From contig CANKXC010000001.1 in NCBI GenBank assembly GCA_947487355.1, positions 1-42,515 of the forward strand: 42,515 nt of DNA, in the 5' to 3' direction. This document shows positions 29,916-39,345 of this stretch, one piece after another. Within the stretch, counting starts at the first letter, position 1. Each line of letters begins with the position of its first letter. Origin of the DNA: Comamonadaceae bacterium (GTDB lineage: Bacteria; Pseudomonadota; Gammaproteobacteria; Burkholderiales; Burkholderiaceae_C). Below the pieces are notes generated by a model that saw only the letters and a list, made by a program, of their open reading frames with translations, did no database searches and was not told the DNA's origin. The position numbers were made by a program, and so were the translations under genes.

Positions 29916-30530
29916 ATGTTTGGAATTTCTGATTACGGCGCCTTTGTGGCCGCCTTTGTTTTGTTGTTGTTCTTACCAGGGCCAGGCAATTTGGCTTTGA
30001 TTACCTCGACCAGCCAAGGTGGTGTTCGGGGTGGCTTTGCCTCTGTTCTCGGCTTGTTGTTGGGCGACCAAATTTTGTTGTGGCTCACGGTTGCAGGTGT
30101 TGCTGCCTTGCTTCAAAGCTATCCTCATTTGTTCATGGCCATGCAGTGGGTGGGTGCTGCCTATTTGGCTTGGTTGGGCGCGAAAATGGTTTTGGCCAAA
30201 CCTGGAGAAGGACCCGCCATCAAGATTACCCCCGGCAAGTATTTCAAAGAAACCATGTTGATCACCTTGTTGAACCCCAAGGCCATCATGTTTTACTTTG
30301 CCTTTTTTCCGCAGTTCATTGACCCCCAACAGCACCAAGGCATGACTACTTTTGTTTTCATGGCGGTCACAATTGCTGTTTTAGGCTTTCTGTATTGTTT
30401 TGGCGTGGTTTTGATCACGCACACCATGGCGGAGCGCATTCGAGCCAATCCTAAGATGTCAGCATTTCTGCAAAAACTAGCGGGCGTGTGCCTCATTGGT
30501 TTTGGCTTGAAACTGGCTGTCGGTAAATAA
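29916..30530 (+). CDS. LysE/RhtB family amino acid exporter (LeuE-like)
   Basis: LPGPGN, GAAYL.WLG, LLNPKAI.F..AFFPQF; start at MFGISD. Confidence 0.9.
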   Translation: MFGISDYGAFVAAFVLLLFLPGPGNLALITSTSQGGVRGGFASVLGLLLGDQILLWLTVAGVAALLQSYPHLFMAMQWVGAAYLAWLGAKMVLAKPGEGPAIKITPGKYFKETMLITLLNPKAIMFYFAFFPQFIDPQQHQGMTTFVFMAVTIAVLGFLYCFGVVLITHTMAERIRANPKMSAFLQKLAGVCLIGFGLKLAVGK

Positions 30531-30561
30531 GCGCATCAACCGAAAATTAATCGAGAAACAA

Positions 30562-31332
30562 ATGGCAAAAATTTTCTGTGTTGCAAATCAAAAAGGCGGC
30601 GTTGGCAAAACCACTTCGGCCGTCAATTTGGCTGCGGGTTTGGCCAAGGTGGGTCAACGCGTTTTGCTGGTTGATCTCGACCCGCAAGGCAATGCCACCA
30701 TGGGCTCAGGCGTAGACAAACGCCAACTTGAACTCAGTGTGTATGACGTTTTGTTGGAGTCGGCCAGCATTCAAGAGGCGGCTATTTTTTCTGAAAAATG
30801 TGGCTATCACGTTCTGGGCGCTAACCGTGAATTGGCGGGCGCTGAGGTTGAGTTGGTCGACTTAGAAAGACGAGATCAACGTTTGAAATTGGCGCTGGAG
30901 GTGGTTCAGCAAGATTTTGACTTTGTCTTAATTGATTGCCCACCCTCACTCTCCATGCTCACACTCAATGGTTTGTGTGCGGCACATGGCGTGATTGTCC
31001 CCATGCAATGCGAATACTTTGCTTTGGAAGGCTTGACCGATTTGGTGAACACCATCAAGCAAGTTCACGCCAATCTGAACCCCGATTTGAAAATTATCGG
31101 TTTGTTGCGTGTGATGTTTGATCCCCGAATTACCTTGCAGCAACAGGTCAGCGAACAACTCAAATCGCATTTTGGCGATAAAGTTTTTAACACCGTCATT
31201 CCGCGCAATGTTCGCTTGGCAGAAGCACCCAGTTACGGTTTGCCAGGCGTTGTGTTTGACCCATCCGCCAAGGGAAGCCAAGCCTTTGTCGAGTTTGCCA
31301 AGGAGTTGGTGCAGCGCATTCCAACTTTGTGA
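30562..31332 (+). CDS. parA: Chromosome partitioning ATPase ParA/Soj
   Basis: NQKGGVGKTT deviant Walker A, DLDPQGNAT, IDCPPSL, QCEYFALEG, IPRNVRLAEAPS.G. Confidence 0.97.
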   Translation: MAKIFCVANQKGGVGKTTSAVNLAAGLAKVGQRVLLVDLDPQGNATMGSGVDKRQLELSVYDVLLESASIQEAAIFSEKCGYHVLGANRELAGAEVELVDLERRDQRLKLALEVVQQDFDFVLIDCPPSLSMLTLNGLCAAHGVIVPMQCEYFALEGLTDLVNTIKQVHANLNPDLKIIGLLRVMFDPRITLQQQVSEQLKSHFGDKVFNTVIPRNVRLAEAPSYGLPGVVFDPSAKGSQAFVEFAKELVQRIPTL

Positions 31333-31350
31333 AGCGCCCATCAAATCAAC

Positions 31351-31905
31351 ATGCAGCCAAATCAAGTCCTTATTTTGCCTGGCTGGCAAGGGTGTGGGCC
31401 TCTTCATTGGCAAAGCAAATGGGTCCAAAATTATGCGTATCAGTTGGTAGAGCAGCACGATTGGATGCGCCCTTTGCGAGGTGATTGGTTGAGCAGATTA
31501 GACGAAGTGGTGTCTGATGTGTGCGGTCCCATTTATTTGGTGGCCCACAGTCTGGGCTGCATTCAAGTGGCGGCTTGGGCCAACATATCAAAACAAACGC
31601 ATCGAGTGAAAGCGGCTTTGTTGGTTGCACCTGGCGATGTTGAGGCACCAGCTTTCAAAGATGTGCTCAGCAGTTGGCGCCCCATTTGCCTCAAGCCGCT
31701 GCCGTTTAAATCTATTTTGCTGGGCAGCCAAAATGACCCGCACTGCACCCTAGAGCGGGCACAATTTTTTGCCAAATTGTGGGGTTCAGATTGGATCGAC
31801 ATGGGACCCAAAGGGCATCTGAACGCAGACTCTCAGTTAGGAGACTGGCCAGAAGGACACGATTTTTTGAATCAATTAATGAAGGTAGAAGAACATGGTC
31901 ACTAA
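31351..31905 (+). CDS. RBBP9/YdeN family alpha/beta hydrolase
   Basis: LPGW..G..HWQ, VAHSLGC nucleophile elbow, S.NDP, GHLN. Confidence 0.9.
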   Translation: MQPNQVLILPGWQGCGPLHWQSKWVQNYAYQLVEQHDWMRPLRGDWLSRLDEVVSDVCGPIYLVAHSLGCIQVAAWANISKQTHRVKAALLVAPGDVEAPAFKDVLSSWRPICLKPLPFKSILLGSQNDPHCTLERAQFFAKLWGSDWIDMGPKGHLNADSQLGDWPEGHDFLNQLMKVEEHGH

Positions 31906-32821
31906 AAAACCAAAAGGACTGGGTCGTGGTTTGGAGGCTTTGCTAGGCCCCAAAGTTCAAGATGAGGCCAGCTCGCCCCAAGCGGTTGAAGCCGCCGCAA
32001 ATCGAACACCTTCAGTTTTGAGCTTGGGCGATTTGGTGCCAGGCATGTACCAACCGCGGACACGCATGGACGAGGGGGCTTTGTATGAATTGGCCGAGTC
32101 CATCAAGGCCCAGGGCATCATGCAACCCATCTTGGTTCGCAAGTTGAGCGATGGCCCCAATGCCGGCAAATATGAAATCATTGCCGGTGAGCGTCGCTTC
32201 CGCGCGTCGCGCTTAGCGGGCTTGAACGAGGTGCCCGTGTTGGTTCGGGACGTGCCCAATGAGGCCGCTGCAGCCATGGCACTCATCGAAAATATTCAAC
32301 GCGAAGACTTGAACCCATTGGAAGAGGCCCAGGGTTTGCAACGCCTAATCAAGGAGTTTGGACTCACTCACGAAACGGCAGCACAGGCCGTTGGCCGGTC
32401 TCGAAGTGCCGCCAGCAATTTGCTTCGCTTGTTGAATTTGGCGGACCCCGTGCAAACCATGCTCATGGCGGGTGACATCGACATGGGTCATGCCCGTGCA
32501 CTTTTGGGGCTCGACAGGGCCGCCCAAATTACGGCCGCCAATCAGATCAGTGCCAAAAAAATGTCGGTTCGTGAGGCCGAAAGCTTGGTGAAAAAACTCA
32601 GCGCAGAGTTTTCATTGGTTCAACAAAAGCCCAAAAAAGAGAAGTCGCGAGACATCAAACGTGTTGAAGAAGAACTGTCAGACTTGCTGATGGCCGAGGT
32701 GGAAGTGCGCATTAAAAAGCGCGTCAAGCGCCACGGAAGATTCGAAGAGATGGGCGAGCTGTCCATCCAATTTGGGTCTTTGGATGAACTCAATGGTTTC
32801 ATTGAGCGGCTTCGTGGCTGA
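31895..32821 (+). CDS. parB: Chromosome partitioning protein ParB/Spo0J
   Basis: KGLGRGLEALL, YQPR, GIMQPILVR, IIAGERRFRA, IENIQREDLNPLEEA, HTH. Confidence 0.97.
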   Translation: MVTKKPKGLGRGLEALLGPKVQDEASSPQAVEAAANRTPSVLSLGDLVPGMYQPRTRMDEGALYELAESIKAQGIMQPILVRKLSDGPNAGKYEIIAGERRFRASRLAGLNEVPVLVRDVPNEAAAAMALIENIQREDLNPLEEAQGLQRLIKEFGLTHETAAQAVGRSRSAASNLLRLLNLADPVQTMLMAGDIDMGHARALLGLDRAAQITAANQISAKKMSVREAESLVKKLSAEFSLVQQKPKKEKSRDIKRVEEELSDLLMAEVEVRIKKRVKRHGRFEEMGELSIQFGSLDELNGFIERLRG

Positions 32822-32835
32822 CTGTCAAACAACGT

Positions 32836-34260
32836 TCAATGAAAGATTTTTCCGGGGTTCATGATGTTGTGTGGGTCCAGTGCCTGCTTGATGGTCTTCA
32901 TCATGCTGACCGCGCCTGCACCAGCCTCGGTTACTAAGAAGTCCATTTTGTGCAAACCAATGCCGTGCTCGCCAGTGCAGGTGCCGCCCAAGCGCAGTGC
33001 TCTGCTCACTAACTTGTGATTGAGGTCTTCGGCCACTTCTCTTTCGTGAGGAATCTCTGGATTGATGAGGTAGCCAAAGTGGAAATTGCCATCGCCCACA
33101 TGACCCACTAAAAAGTAAGGCAAGCCACTGGCGTCGGTTTCGGTGATGGAGTCGAGCAGACAATCGGCCAACTTGCTGATGGGGACGCAGGTGTCTGTGC
33201 TGATGGCGCGGCAGCCTGGCTTGCTTTGAAGCGCAGCAAAATAAGCGTTGTGGCGAGCCGTCCAAAGGCGAGTGCGCTCTTCGGGTGTGGTGGCCCATTC
33301 GAAGGCGTTGCCGCCATGGTCGCTGGCAAGTTCTTGTACCGTCTCGGCTTGCTCTTTAACGCCGGCGGGCGAGCCATGAAACTCCATCAACAGCATGGGC
33401 TCTTCACGCAGCCCCAATTTGGCATACGCATTCACCATGCGCACGGTGTTGTGGTCAATGAGCTCAACGCGGGCGATGGGAACACCCAACTGAATGATTT
33501 GAATGACCGTTTGAACGGCCGCCTCAATGCTGGGGAAGGAGCAGATGGCTGCCGAAATAGCTTCTGGCAACGGGTACAAGCGAACCGTAACTTCAGTGAT
33601 GACACCCAAGGTGCCTTCGCTTCCGACAAACAAGCGCGTGAGGTCGTAGCCAGCGCTTGATTTTTTGGCGCGCGTGCCCGTTCGAATGACTTCGCCCGAT
33701 GCAGTGACAACTTCAAGTGCCAGCACATTTTCGCGCATGGTGCCGTATCGAACTGCATTGGTGCCACTGGCACGGGTTGCGCTCATGCCGCCCAGTGTGG
33801 CATCGGCGCCTGGATCGATGGGGAAAAATAAACCTGTAGATTTAATTTCTTCGTTCAACTGTTTGCGAGTGACGCCCGGCTGAACGGTGACGGTCAAGTC
33901 TTCGGCGTTGATCGACAACACCTTGTTCATGCGTGTGAGGTCAATGCTGATGCCGCCTTGAACCGCCAACAAATGGCCTTCTAAGGAAGAGCCTACGCCA
34001 AAGGGGATGACCGGAACCTTGTATTCACTTGCCAACTTGACGGCGTCAGAAACATCTTGTGTGCACTCTGCAAAAACCACCGCCGAAGGTGGCGGCACAG
34101 GTGCAAAGGCGGACTCATCGCGGCCATGTTGCTCACGAATGACCAAAGCGGTTGAGCAGTTGTCGCCAAAGCGCTTCTTCAGTTCGTCGATGAAAGCCTG
34201 CGGCACGGGGCGGGCTTGTACCGCTGGGGCCAAGTGGGCTGCTTGAGTAGGTGCATTCAT
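32836..34260 (-). CDS. FAD-linked oxidase, D-lactate dehydrogenase (cytochrome)/GlcD-like
   Basis: PFGVGSSLEG, FPIDPGADA, SGTNAVRYG, GSEGTLG, GHVGDGNFH, TGEHGIG, MNPGK. Confidence 0.9.
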   Translation of the reverse strand: MNAPTQAAHLAPAVQARPVPQAFIDELKKRFGDNCSTALVIREQHGRDESAFAPVPPPSAVVFAECTQDVSDAVKLASEYKVPVIPFGVGSSLEGHLLAVQGGISIDLTRMNKVLSINAEDLTVTVQPGVTRKQLNEEIKSTGLFFPIDPGADATLGGMSATRASGTNAVRYGTMRENVLALEVVTASGEVIRTGTRAKKSSAGYDLTRLFVGSEGTLGVITEVTVRLYPLPEAISAAICSFPSIEAAVQTVIQIIQLGVPIARVELIDHNTVRMVNAYAKLGLREEPMLLMEFHGSPAGVKEQAETVQELASDHGGNAFEWATTPEERTRLWTARHNAYFAALQSKPGCRAISTDTCVPISKLADCLLDSITETDASGLPYFLVGHVGDGNFHFGYLINPEIPHEREVAEDLNHKLVSRALRLGGTCTGEHGIGLHKMDFLVTEAGAGAVSMMKTIKQALDPHNIMNPGKIFH

Positions 34261-34418
34261 GGTGGCGCTCCGATGTCAGGGTGCAGTGCAACAGCGCTGA
34301 AGAGTCAGCCAGTCGCGTTGGTGAATCAAGCTTGACGAAATCTTGTCAAACTCGGTCAAAATGAGAGTTTACGCGCAGACGCTCATTTTTGCAGTCGTCT
34401 CAGCACAGGGGAAACACC

Positions 34419-34973
34419 ATGGGTAATCGGCTCACACAAATTGCAACCCGCACGGGCGACGAAGGAACGACTGGTTTAGGCAACAACCAGCGTGTGTCCA
34501 AAAACAGCTTGCGCGTCCATGCCATGGGCGATGTCGACGAGTTGAACTCGCACATTGGCTTGTTGCTGTGTGAGGCCATGCCAGACGATGTCCGCACGCT
34601 TTTGGTCGAGGTTCAACATCAACTGTTTAACTTGGGTGGAGAACTGTCCATACCTGGCTTTGAGTTGTTGAAGGCAGAAGCGGTGGCGGTGTTGGACCAA
34701 GCCCTTGAAAAGTACAACGCACAGCTGCCCAAGCTCGAAGAATTTATTTTGCCTGCAGGCAATCGCGCTGCGTCTCAAGCGCACATTTGCCGCACAGTGG
34801 CCAGGCGTGCAGAGCGCGCCACAGTGGCGCTTGGCAATGAAGAGGCGTTGAATGATGCGCCGCGCCAGTATTTAAATCGGCTTTCTGACTTGATGTTTGT
34901 TCTGTCGCGCGTACTCAACCGAATGGACGGGGGTACGGATGTTTATTGGCAAAGTGAGCGCATGAAAAAATGA
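34419..34973 (+). CDS. pduO: Cob(I)alamin adenosyltransferase, PduO type
   Basis: TRTGD.GTTGL, GDVDELNS.IG, FILPAG, RTVARRAER, YLNRLSD. Confidence 0.93.
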   Translation: MGNRLTQIATRTGDEGTTGLGNNQRVSKNSLRVHAMGDVDELNSHIGLLLCEAMPDDVRTLLVEVQHQLFNLGGELSIPGFELLKAEAVAVLDQALEKYNAQLPKLEEFILPAGNRAASQAHICRTVARRAERATVALGNEEALNDAPRQYLNRLSDLMFVLSRVLNRMDGGTDVYWQSERMKK

Positions 34974-37138
34974 CAATACCGCCCAACGAAACTCTCATTG
35001 CCGCACCCACAGCGCATGCTGATTACGCGCCGCAAATTCGGCTTTATCAAAACTGGCTAAAGCAAAATCGCGGCCTCTCTTTTGAGCGCTATGAAGATTT
35101 GTGGCAATGGTCAATTTCGGACTTGGACGCGTTTTGGCAGAGCATTTGGGATTACTTTGATTTGCAATCGCCAACACCACACACGACTGTTTTGGCCAAA
35201 AATGCCATGCCCGGTGCGGTTTGGTTTCCTGGTGCCAAGGTCAATTACGCAGGTCAAGTATTGCGACACGTCGATGCGGCACATGCGGCAGGCTTTCCAG
35301 CCCTCATTGCACAAAATGAATTGGGCGTGCGACAAGAAATTTCATGGCCAGAACTGAGGCGACGAATTGCTTCCATGGCCCTGCACCTTCAAGCGCAAGG
35401 CTTGCAACCCGGCGATCGTGTGGCGGCTTATTTGCCAAACATTCCTGAGGCCATCATTGCCTTTTTGGCCACCATCAGCGTGGGCGGTGTGTGGAGCATT
35501 TGCGCCCCCGACATGGGCACCTTGGCCGTACTCGACAGGTTTAAACAAATTGAACCCAAGGTTTTGATTGCCTGTGATGGCGTGATTTATGGCGGCAAAA
35601 ACTACGATCGCATGAGTGTGGTGCAAGAGTTGAAAGACGCCTTGCCTTCGGTGCAACATGTCATCGTTCACGACAATTTAGGGGTTGCAGATTTGGCCAA
35701 CAACGAAGTGGCGGCAGCCATTCGTTTTTCACAAACCACTTTGCTGCAGGGGCCCTTGGTCGATCAATTTGCGCCCATGGACTTGCCCTTTGATCATCCT
35801 TTGTGGGTGGTTTACTCAAGCGGCACCACAGGCTTGCCCAAGCCTATTGTGCATGGCCACGGCGGCACCTTGATTGTGGCCATGGCTCTGAAAATTTTGC
35901 ACAACGATGTGGGCTGCAGTTATCAGCCCAACAGCTGGGGTGAGCGATTCCATTGGTACAGCTCAACCGGTTGGGTGATGTGGAATGCGCAAGTGGGCGG
36001 CCTCCTCAACGGTACCACCTGCGTCATTTACGACGGCAACCCTGGCGGCAGCAAAGGCCAGCCCGATTGGACAACGCTGTGGCGTTTTGCCGCAGACAAT
36101 CAGGTGACATTTTTTGGCGCTGGCGCAGCATTTTTTGCCAACTGTCAAAAGGCGGGCATTGAGCTCCTTGAGTGTGGTGATCTTTCAAAGGTTCGCGCAT
36201 TGGGCACCACAGGCTCACCCCTTTCGCCCGATACCCAAAAATGGGGCAATGCACAGTTTAAAAAAATCCAAAGTCAGTACAGCCAGTCAGACCATCTTCA
36301 CCGCGAAACGGATGGTGACATTTGGTGGTGCAACATTTCTGGTGGCACCGATTTTTGTGGCGCCTTCATTGGAGGCAATAGAGAACTGCCACAAGAACCC
36401 GGCGTTATGCAATGTCGTTTGTTGGGGTGCGCTGTAGAGGCTTGGAGCGAAGCGGGCGAGCCCGTGCATGGTGAGGTGGGCGAACTGGTTTGTGTGCAGC
36501 CCATTCCCTCCATGCCCTTGTATTTTTGGAACGATGCCAACAACGTGCGCTACTTGGCCAGCTACTTTGAAATGTACCCAGCGGGCCACGGCCGCAAGCC
36601 AGGCGGCGGTGATGCCGATGCATCGTTTGGGGGTGTTTGGCGACATGGCGATTGGTTGCGCATTGGTGCGGCGGGCCAAGGCAAAGAAGGGGGCGAAGGT
36701 TGCGTCATTTTTGGCCGAAGCGATGCCACCATCAATCGGCATGGTTTGCGCATGGGCACCAGCGAACTTTACAGCGCGGTTGAGGCTTTGCCCGAAGTGA
36801 TGGACAGCATGGTGGTGGACCTTGAATACTTAGGCCGCGAAAGTTACATGCCTTTGTTTGTGGTGCTCATGCCGGGTTTGAATTTAACGGAAGACGTTAA
36901 AAACAAATTAAACACCGCCATCAAAACGGCACTCAGTCCGCGCTTTGTGCCCAATGAAATTTTTCAGGTTACCGAAATTCCCAGAACCTTGTCGGGCAAG
37001 AAACAAGAGCTGCCCATTAAGAAATTGATGTTGGGACAAGCACTCGAAAAAGTGGTGAACAAAGATGCCATGGCCAATCCTGCGTGTTTGGATTGGTACG
37101 TTGATTTGGCCAAAAAACATTTGGCCAAATCAAGCTAG
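34970..37138 (+). CDS. Acetoacetate--CoA ligase
   Basis: WFPGAKVNYA, YSSGTTGLPK.IVHGHGG, GWVMWN, SGGTD, WRHGDW, GRSDATINR.G.RMGTSE, SGKK.E. Confidence 0.92.
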   Translation: MTIPPNETLIAAPTAHADYAPQIRLYQNWLKQNRGLSFERYEDLWQWSISDLDAFWQSIWDYFDLQSPTPHTTVLAKNAMPGAVWFPGAKVNYAGQVLRHVDAAHAAGFPALIAQNELGVRQEISWPELRRRIASMALHLQAQGLQPGDRVAAYLPNIPEAIIAFLATISVGGVWSICAPDMGTLAVLDRFKQIEPKVLIACDGVIYGGKNYDRMSVVQELKDALPSVQHVIVHDNLGVADLANNEVAAAIRFSQTTLLQGPLVDQFAPMDLPFDHPLWVVYSSGTTGLPKPIVHGHGGTLIVAMALKILHNDVGCSYQPNSWGERFHWYSSTGWVMWNAQVGGLLNGTTCVIYDGNPGGSKGQPDWTTLWRFAADNQVTFFGAGAAFFANCQKAGIELLECGDLSKVRALGTTGSPLSPDTQKWGNAQFKKIQSQYSQSDHLHRETDGDIWWCNISGGTDFCGAFIGGNRELPQEPGVMQCRLLGCAVEAWSEAGEPVHGEVGELVCVQPIPSMPLYFWNDANNVRYLASYFEMYPAGHGRKPGGGDADASFGGVWRHGDWLRIGAAGQGKEGGEGCVIFGRSDATINRHGLRMGTSELYSAVEALPEVMDSMVVDLEYLGRESYMPLFVVLMPGLNLTEDVKNKLNTAIKTALSPRFVPNEIFQVTEIPRTLSGKKQELPIKKLMLGQALEKVVNKDAMANPACLDWYVDLAKKHLAKSS

Positions 37139-37147
37139 ACAGGTCAA

Positions 37148-38131
37148 TTAGTTCTTGTGCAATTCGGCGTTTAAGCTGCCCCAGCTTTCTGTGCGGGGAA
37201 TGGCTTGAACGGCACCAGACTGTGAATCGCGGCGGAACAAAATACCGTTGCGACCTGACAGTTCGCGGGCTTTGACCACACTGCCATCGGGCATCTTGAC
37301 GCGCGTGCCGCCGGTGACATAGCAGCCTGCCTCAACCACACAATCGTCGCCCAAAGAAATGCCAATGCCCGAGTTGGCACCCAGCAAGCAACGCTTGCCA
37401 ATAGAAATAACTTCTTTGCCGCCACCCGACAGCGTGCCCATGATGGAGGCGCCACCGCCCACATCACTTTGATCGTCGACCAACACACCCGCACTGATGC
37501 GGCCTTCCACCATGGAGGTGCCCAGCGTGCCTGCATTGAAGTTGCAGAAGCCTTCATGCATGACGGTGGTGCCCGGTGCCAAATGCGCACCCAATCGAAC
37601 GCGGTCGACGTTGGCAATGCGCACGCCAGAAGGTACGACGTAGTCGGTCATGTAAGGGAACTTGTCGATGGCTTTGACGTCAAACACAACGCGTGCTGCA
37701 CGCGCACGCAAGCGCGCGGCTTCCAATTGGTCCAAGGGGCAAGGGCCCATGGAGGTCCATGCCAAATTGGTCAACATGCCAAAGATGCCGGCCAAATTGG
37801 CTTGATGAGGTTTGATCAAACAATGGCTGAGCAAGTGAAGGCGCAAAAACACATCGTGCGTGTCTTTGGCAGGTTCAGACAAGTTGGCAATGCTGGTTTT
37901 AACAGCGACCACATTGACACCACGCAATTCGCAAGGGCCCAATGCCTTGACAAAAGCTTCGCCCAAATGAGTTTTGACATCGGCCTCACTCAACACCTGG
38001 CTACCGGCTTCTTGAATGCCTTCGGCCAATTGGGGCGCAGGATACCAAGTATCTAAGATGACGCCGTCTTTGGACAGGGTTGCCAAGCCATAGGCTACAG
38101 CGCTACTTTGAATCATGGGAGGGGTTTGCAT
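37148..38131 (-). CDS. dapD: Tetrahydrodipicolinate N-succinyltransferase, long (actinobacterial-like) type
   Basis: GLAT...G..LDTWYPAP, LRLHLLSH, DKFP.M.DYVVP.GVRI, GTTVMHEGF.NFNAGT, EGRISAGV, GTLSGGG, LLGANSG. Start 38131 or 38116. Confidence 0.9.
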   Translation of the reverse strand: MQTPPMIQSSAVAYGLATLSKDGVILDTWYPAPQLAEGIQEAGSQVLSEADVKTHLGEAFVKALGPCELRGVNVVAVKTSIANLSEPAKDTHDVFLRLHLLSHCLIKPHQANLAGIFGMLTNLAWTSMGPCPLDQLEAARLRARAARVVFDVKAIDKFPYMTDYVVPSGVRIANVDRVRLGAHLAPGTTVMHEGFCNFNAGTLGTSMVEGRISAGVLVDDQSDVGGGASIMGTLSGGGKEVISIGKRCLLGANSGIGISLGDDCVVEAGCYVTGGTRVKMPDGSVVKARELSGRNGILFRRDSQSGAVQAIPRTESWGSLNAELHKN

Positions 38132-38189
38132 GGTGATCAGTGTAAAAATCAAAAAAAGAGATTATCGGGCTTTGTCGTGGGCTTTGCTT

Positions 38190-39290
38190 TTATTGCAATT
38201 CCGAAAGATCAATGCTTTGGCGCTTTAGCCATTCGCCTTGCGTATTTTGAAAGCCCAACTGAATTTGTTTTTGCGGCCAATTGAAGTCAATCAAGGCAAA
38301 GTGATTTTGCGTGACCAATTGACCGAGGCGGTTAGGGCCGGCCTCATTGGCATTGGCCCATGCGTGCGTCATGCCACTGGAGGTGAGCTCATACAAGGGG
38401 TAGTTGGTGTTGGTTTTGCTTTTGTAGACAGCACCAATGTGTCGATCACCGGACAAGAAAATAACCCCTTTGGCCTGGGTTTTTTGCACGAGCTGTCGCA
38501 TCTTTTCTAACTCATGTGGAAAGTTGCCCCACGATTCCCAGCCGTGTCCATCGGCCACCACCTGTATGCCAGAAACAATCAGTCGAACATCTGCCGCTTG
38601 TTTCAATTGCATCTCAAGCCACTGCCATTGGGCCGCCCCGAGCATGGTTTTTTTGGGGTCTGTGTCGGGCACATAGCGCTCTTTGCCGGGTGCGTTTCGG
38701 TCATCGGTCACTTTGGGTTCAGACTTGAACCAGCGGGTGTCTAACAAAATAATTTGCACGCGTTGACCCAGGGGGCCAATTTGAAAAGCTTGATAAAGAC
38801 CTTCTCTTTGTCGACGCGTGTCGTTGGCGGGCAATTCCCAAAATGCCATGAAGGCGTCTTTGGCGACTTGCTTGTGTGCAAAGCCTGCTCCACCATCGTT
38901 TTGACCCATGTCGTGATCGTCCCAAATGGCCATGTGGGGAACTTCACGACGCAACTGCGCGAATCCTTCTTGCGCCGCTTGCGTGGCGTAGGCTTTTTGT
39001 AATTGATCCAAATGCCAAGGCGGCCTGCTGGCATAAACGTTGTCACCGCCAAAAATGAACAGGTCTGGTTTTGTGGCCAGAATCGCACGCCAAATGGGTT
39101 GGGGCTTGTTTTGATCGATGCAAGAGCCAAATGCAATGCGTTGTATTTTTTGCGGCAATTCTGGCCCTGCAGTTGCAGACGCAGTTACCGATGTTTTGTC
39201 CTGTGCGTGTGCCAAGTTGGATACCCAGCTGCTCATCCCGCCCACCAAGGCGCTCAGGCTGAATGTTTTTAGCAAATGGCGACGTTTCAT
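38190..39290 (-). CDS. phoD: PhoD-like alkaline phosphatase/phosphodiesterase, Tat-exported
   Basis: KRRHLL twin-arginine signal; AFGSC, GDNVY, WDDHD, LDTR, LG..QW.WL, SGDRH; SD GGAG before the ATG at 39290. Confidence 0.88.
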   Translation of the reverse strand: MKRRHLLKTFSLSALVGGMSSWVSNLAHAQDKTSVTASATAGPELPQKIQRIAFGSCIDQNKPQPIWRAILATKPDLFIFGGDNVYASRPPWHLDQLQKAYATQAAQEGFAQLRREVPHMAIWDDHDMGQNDGGAGFAHKQVAKDAFMAFWELPANDTRRQREGLYQAFQIGPLGQRVQIILLDTRWFKSEPKVTDDRNAPGKERYVPDTDPKKTMLGAAQWQWLEMQLKQAADVRLIVSGIQVVADGHGWESWGNFPHELEKMRQLVQKTQAKGVIFLSGDRHIGAVYKSKTNTNYPLYELTSSGMTHAWANANEAGPNRLGQLVTQNHFALIDFNWPQKQIQLGFQNTQGEWLKRQSIDLSELQ

Positions 39291-39345
39291 GGCTGGCTCC
39301 GATGTGCGCCCAATGGGATGAACTGATAACCTAGACGTGCTGGAC

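Noticed and set aside
34261-34418. Cobalamin riboswitch upstream of pduO
   Set aside because: No B12-box or GCCCCCGCAACTGT-like core was recognised.
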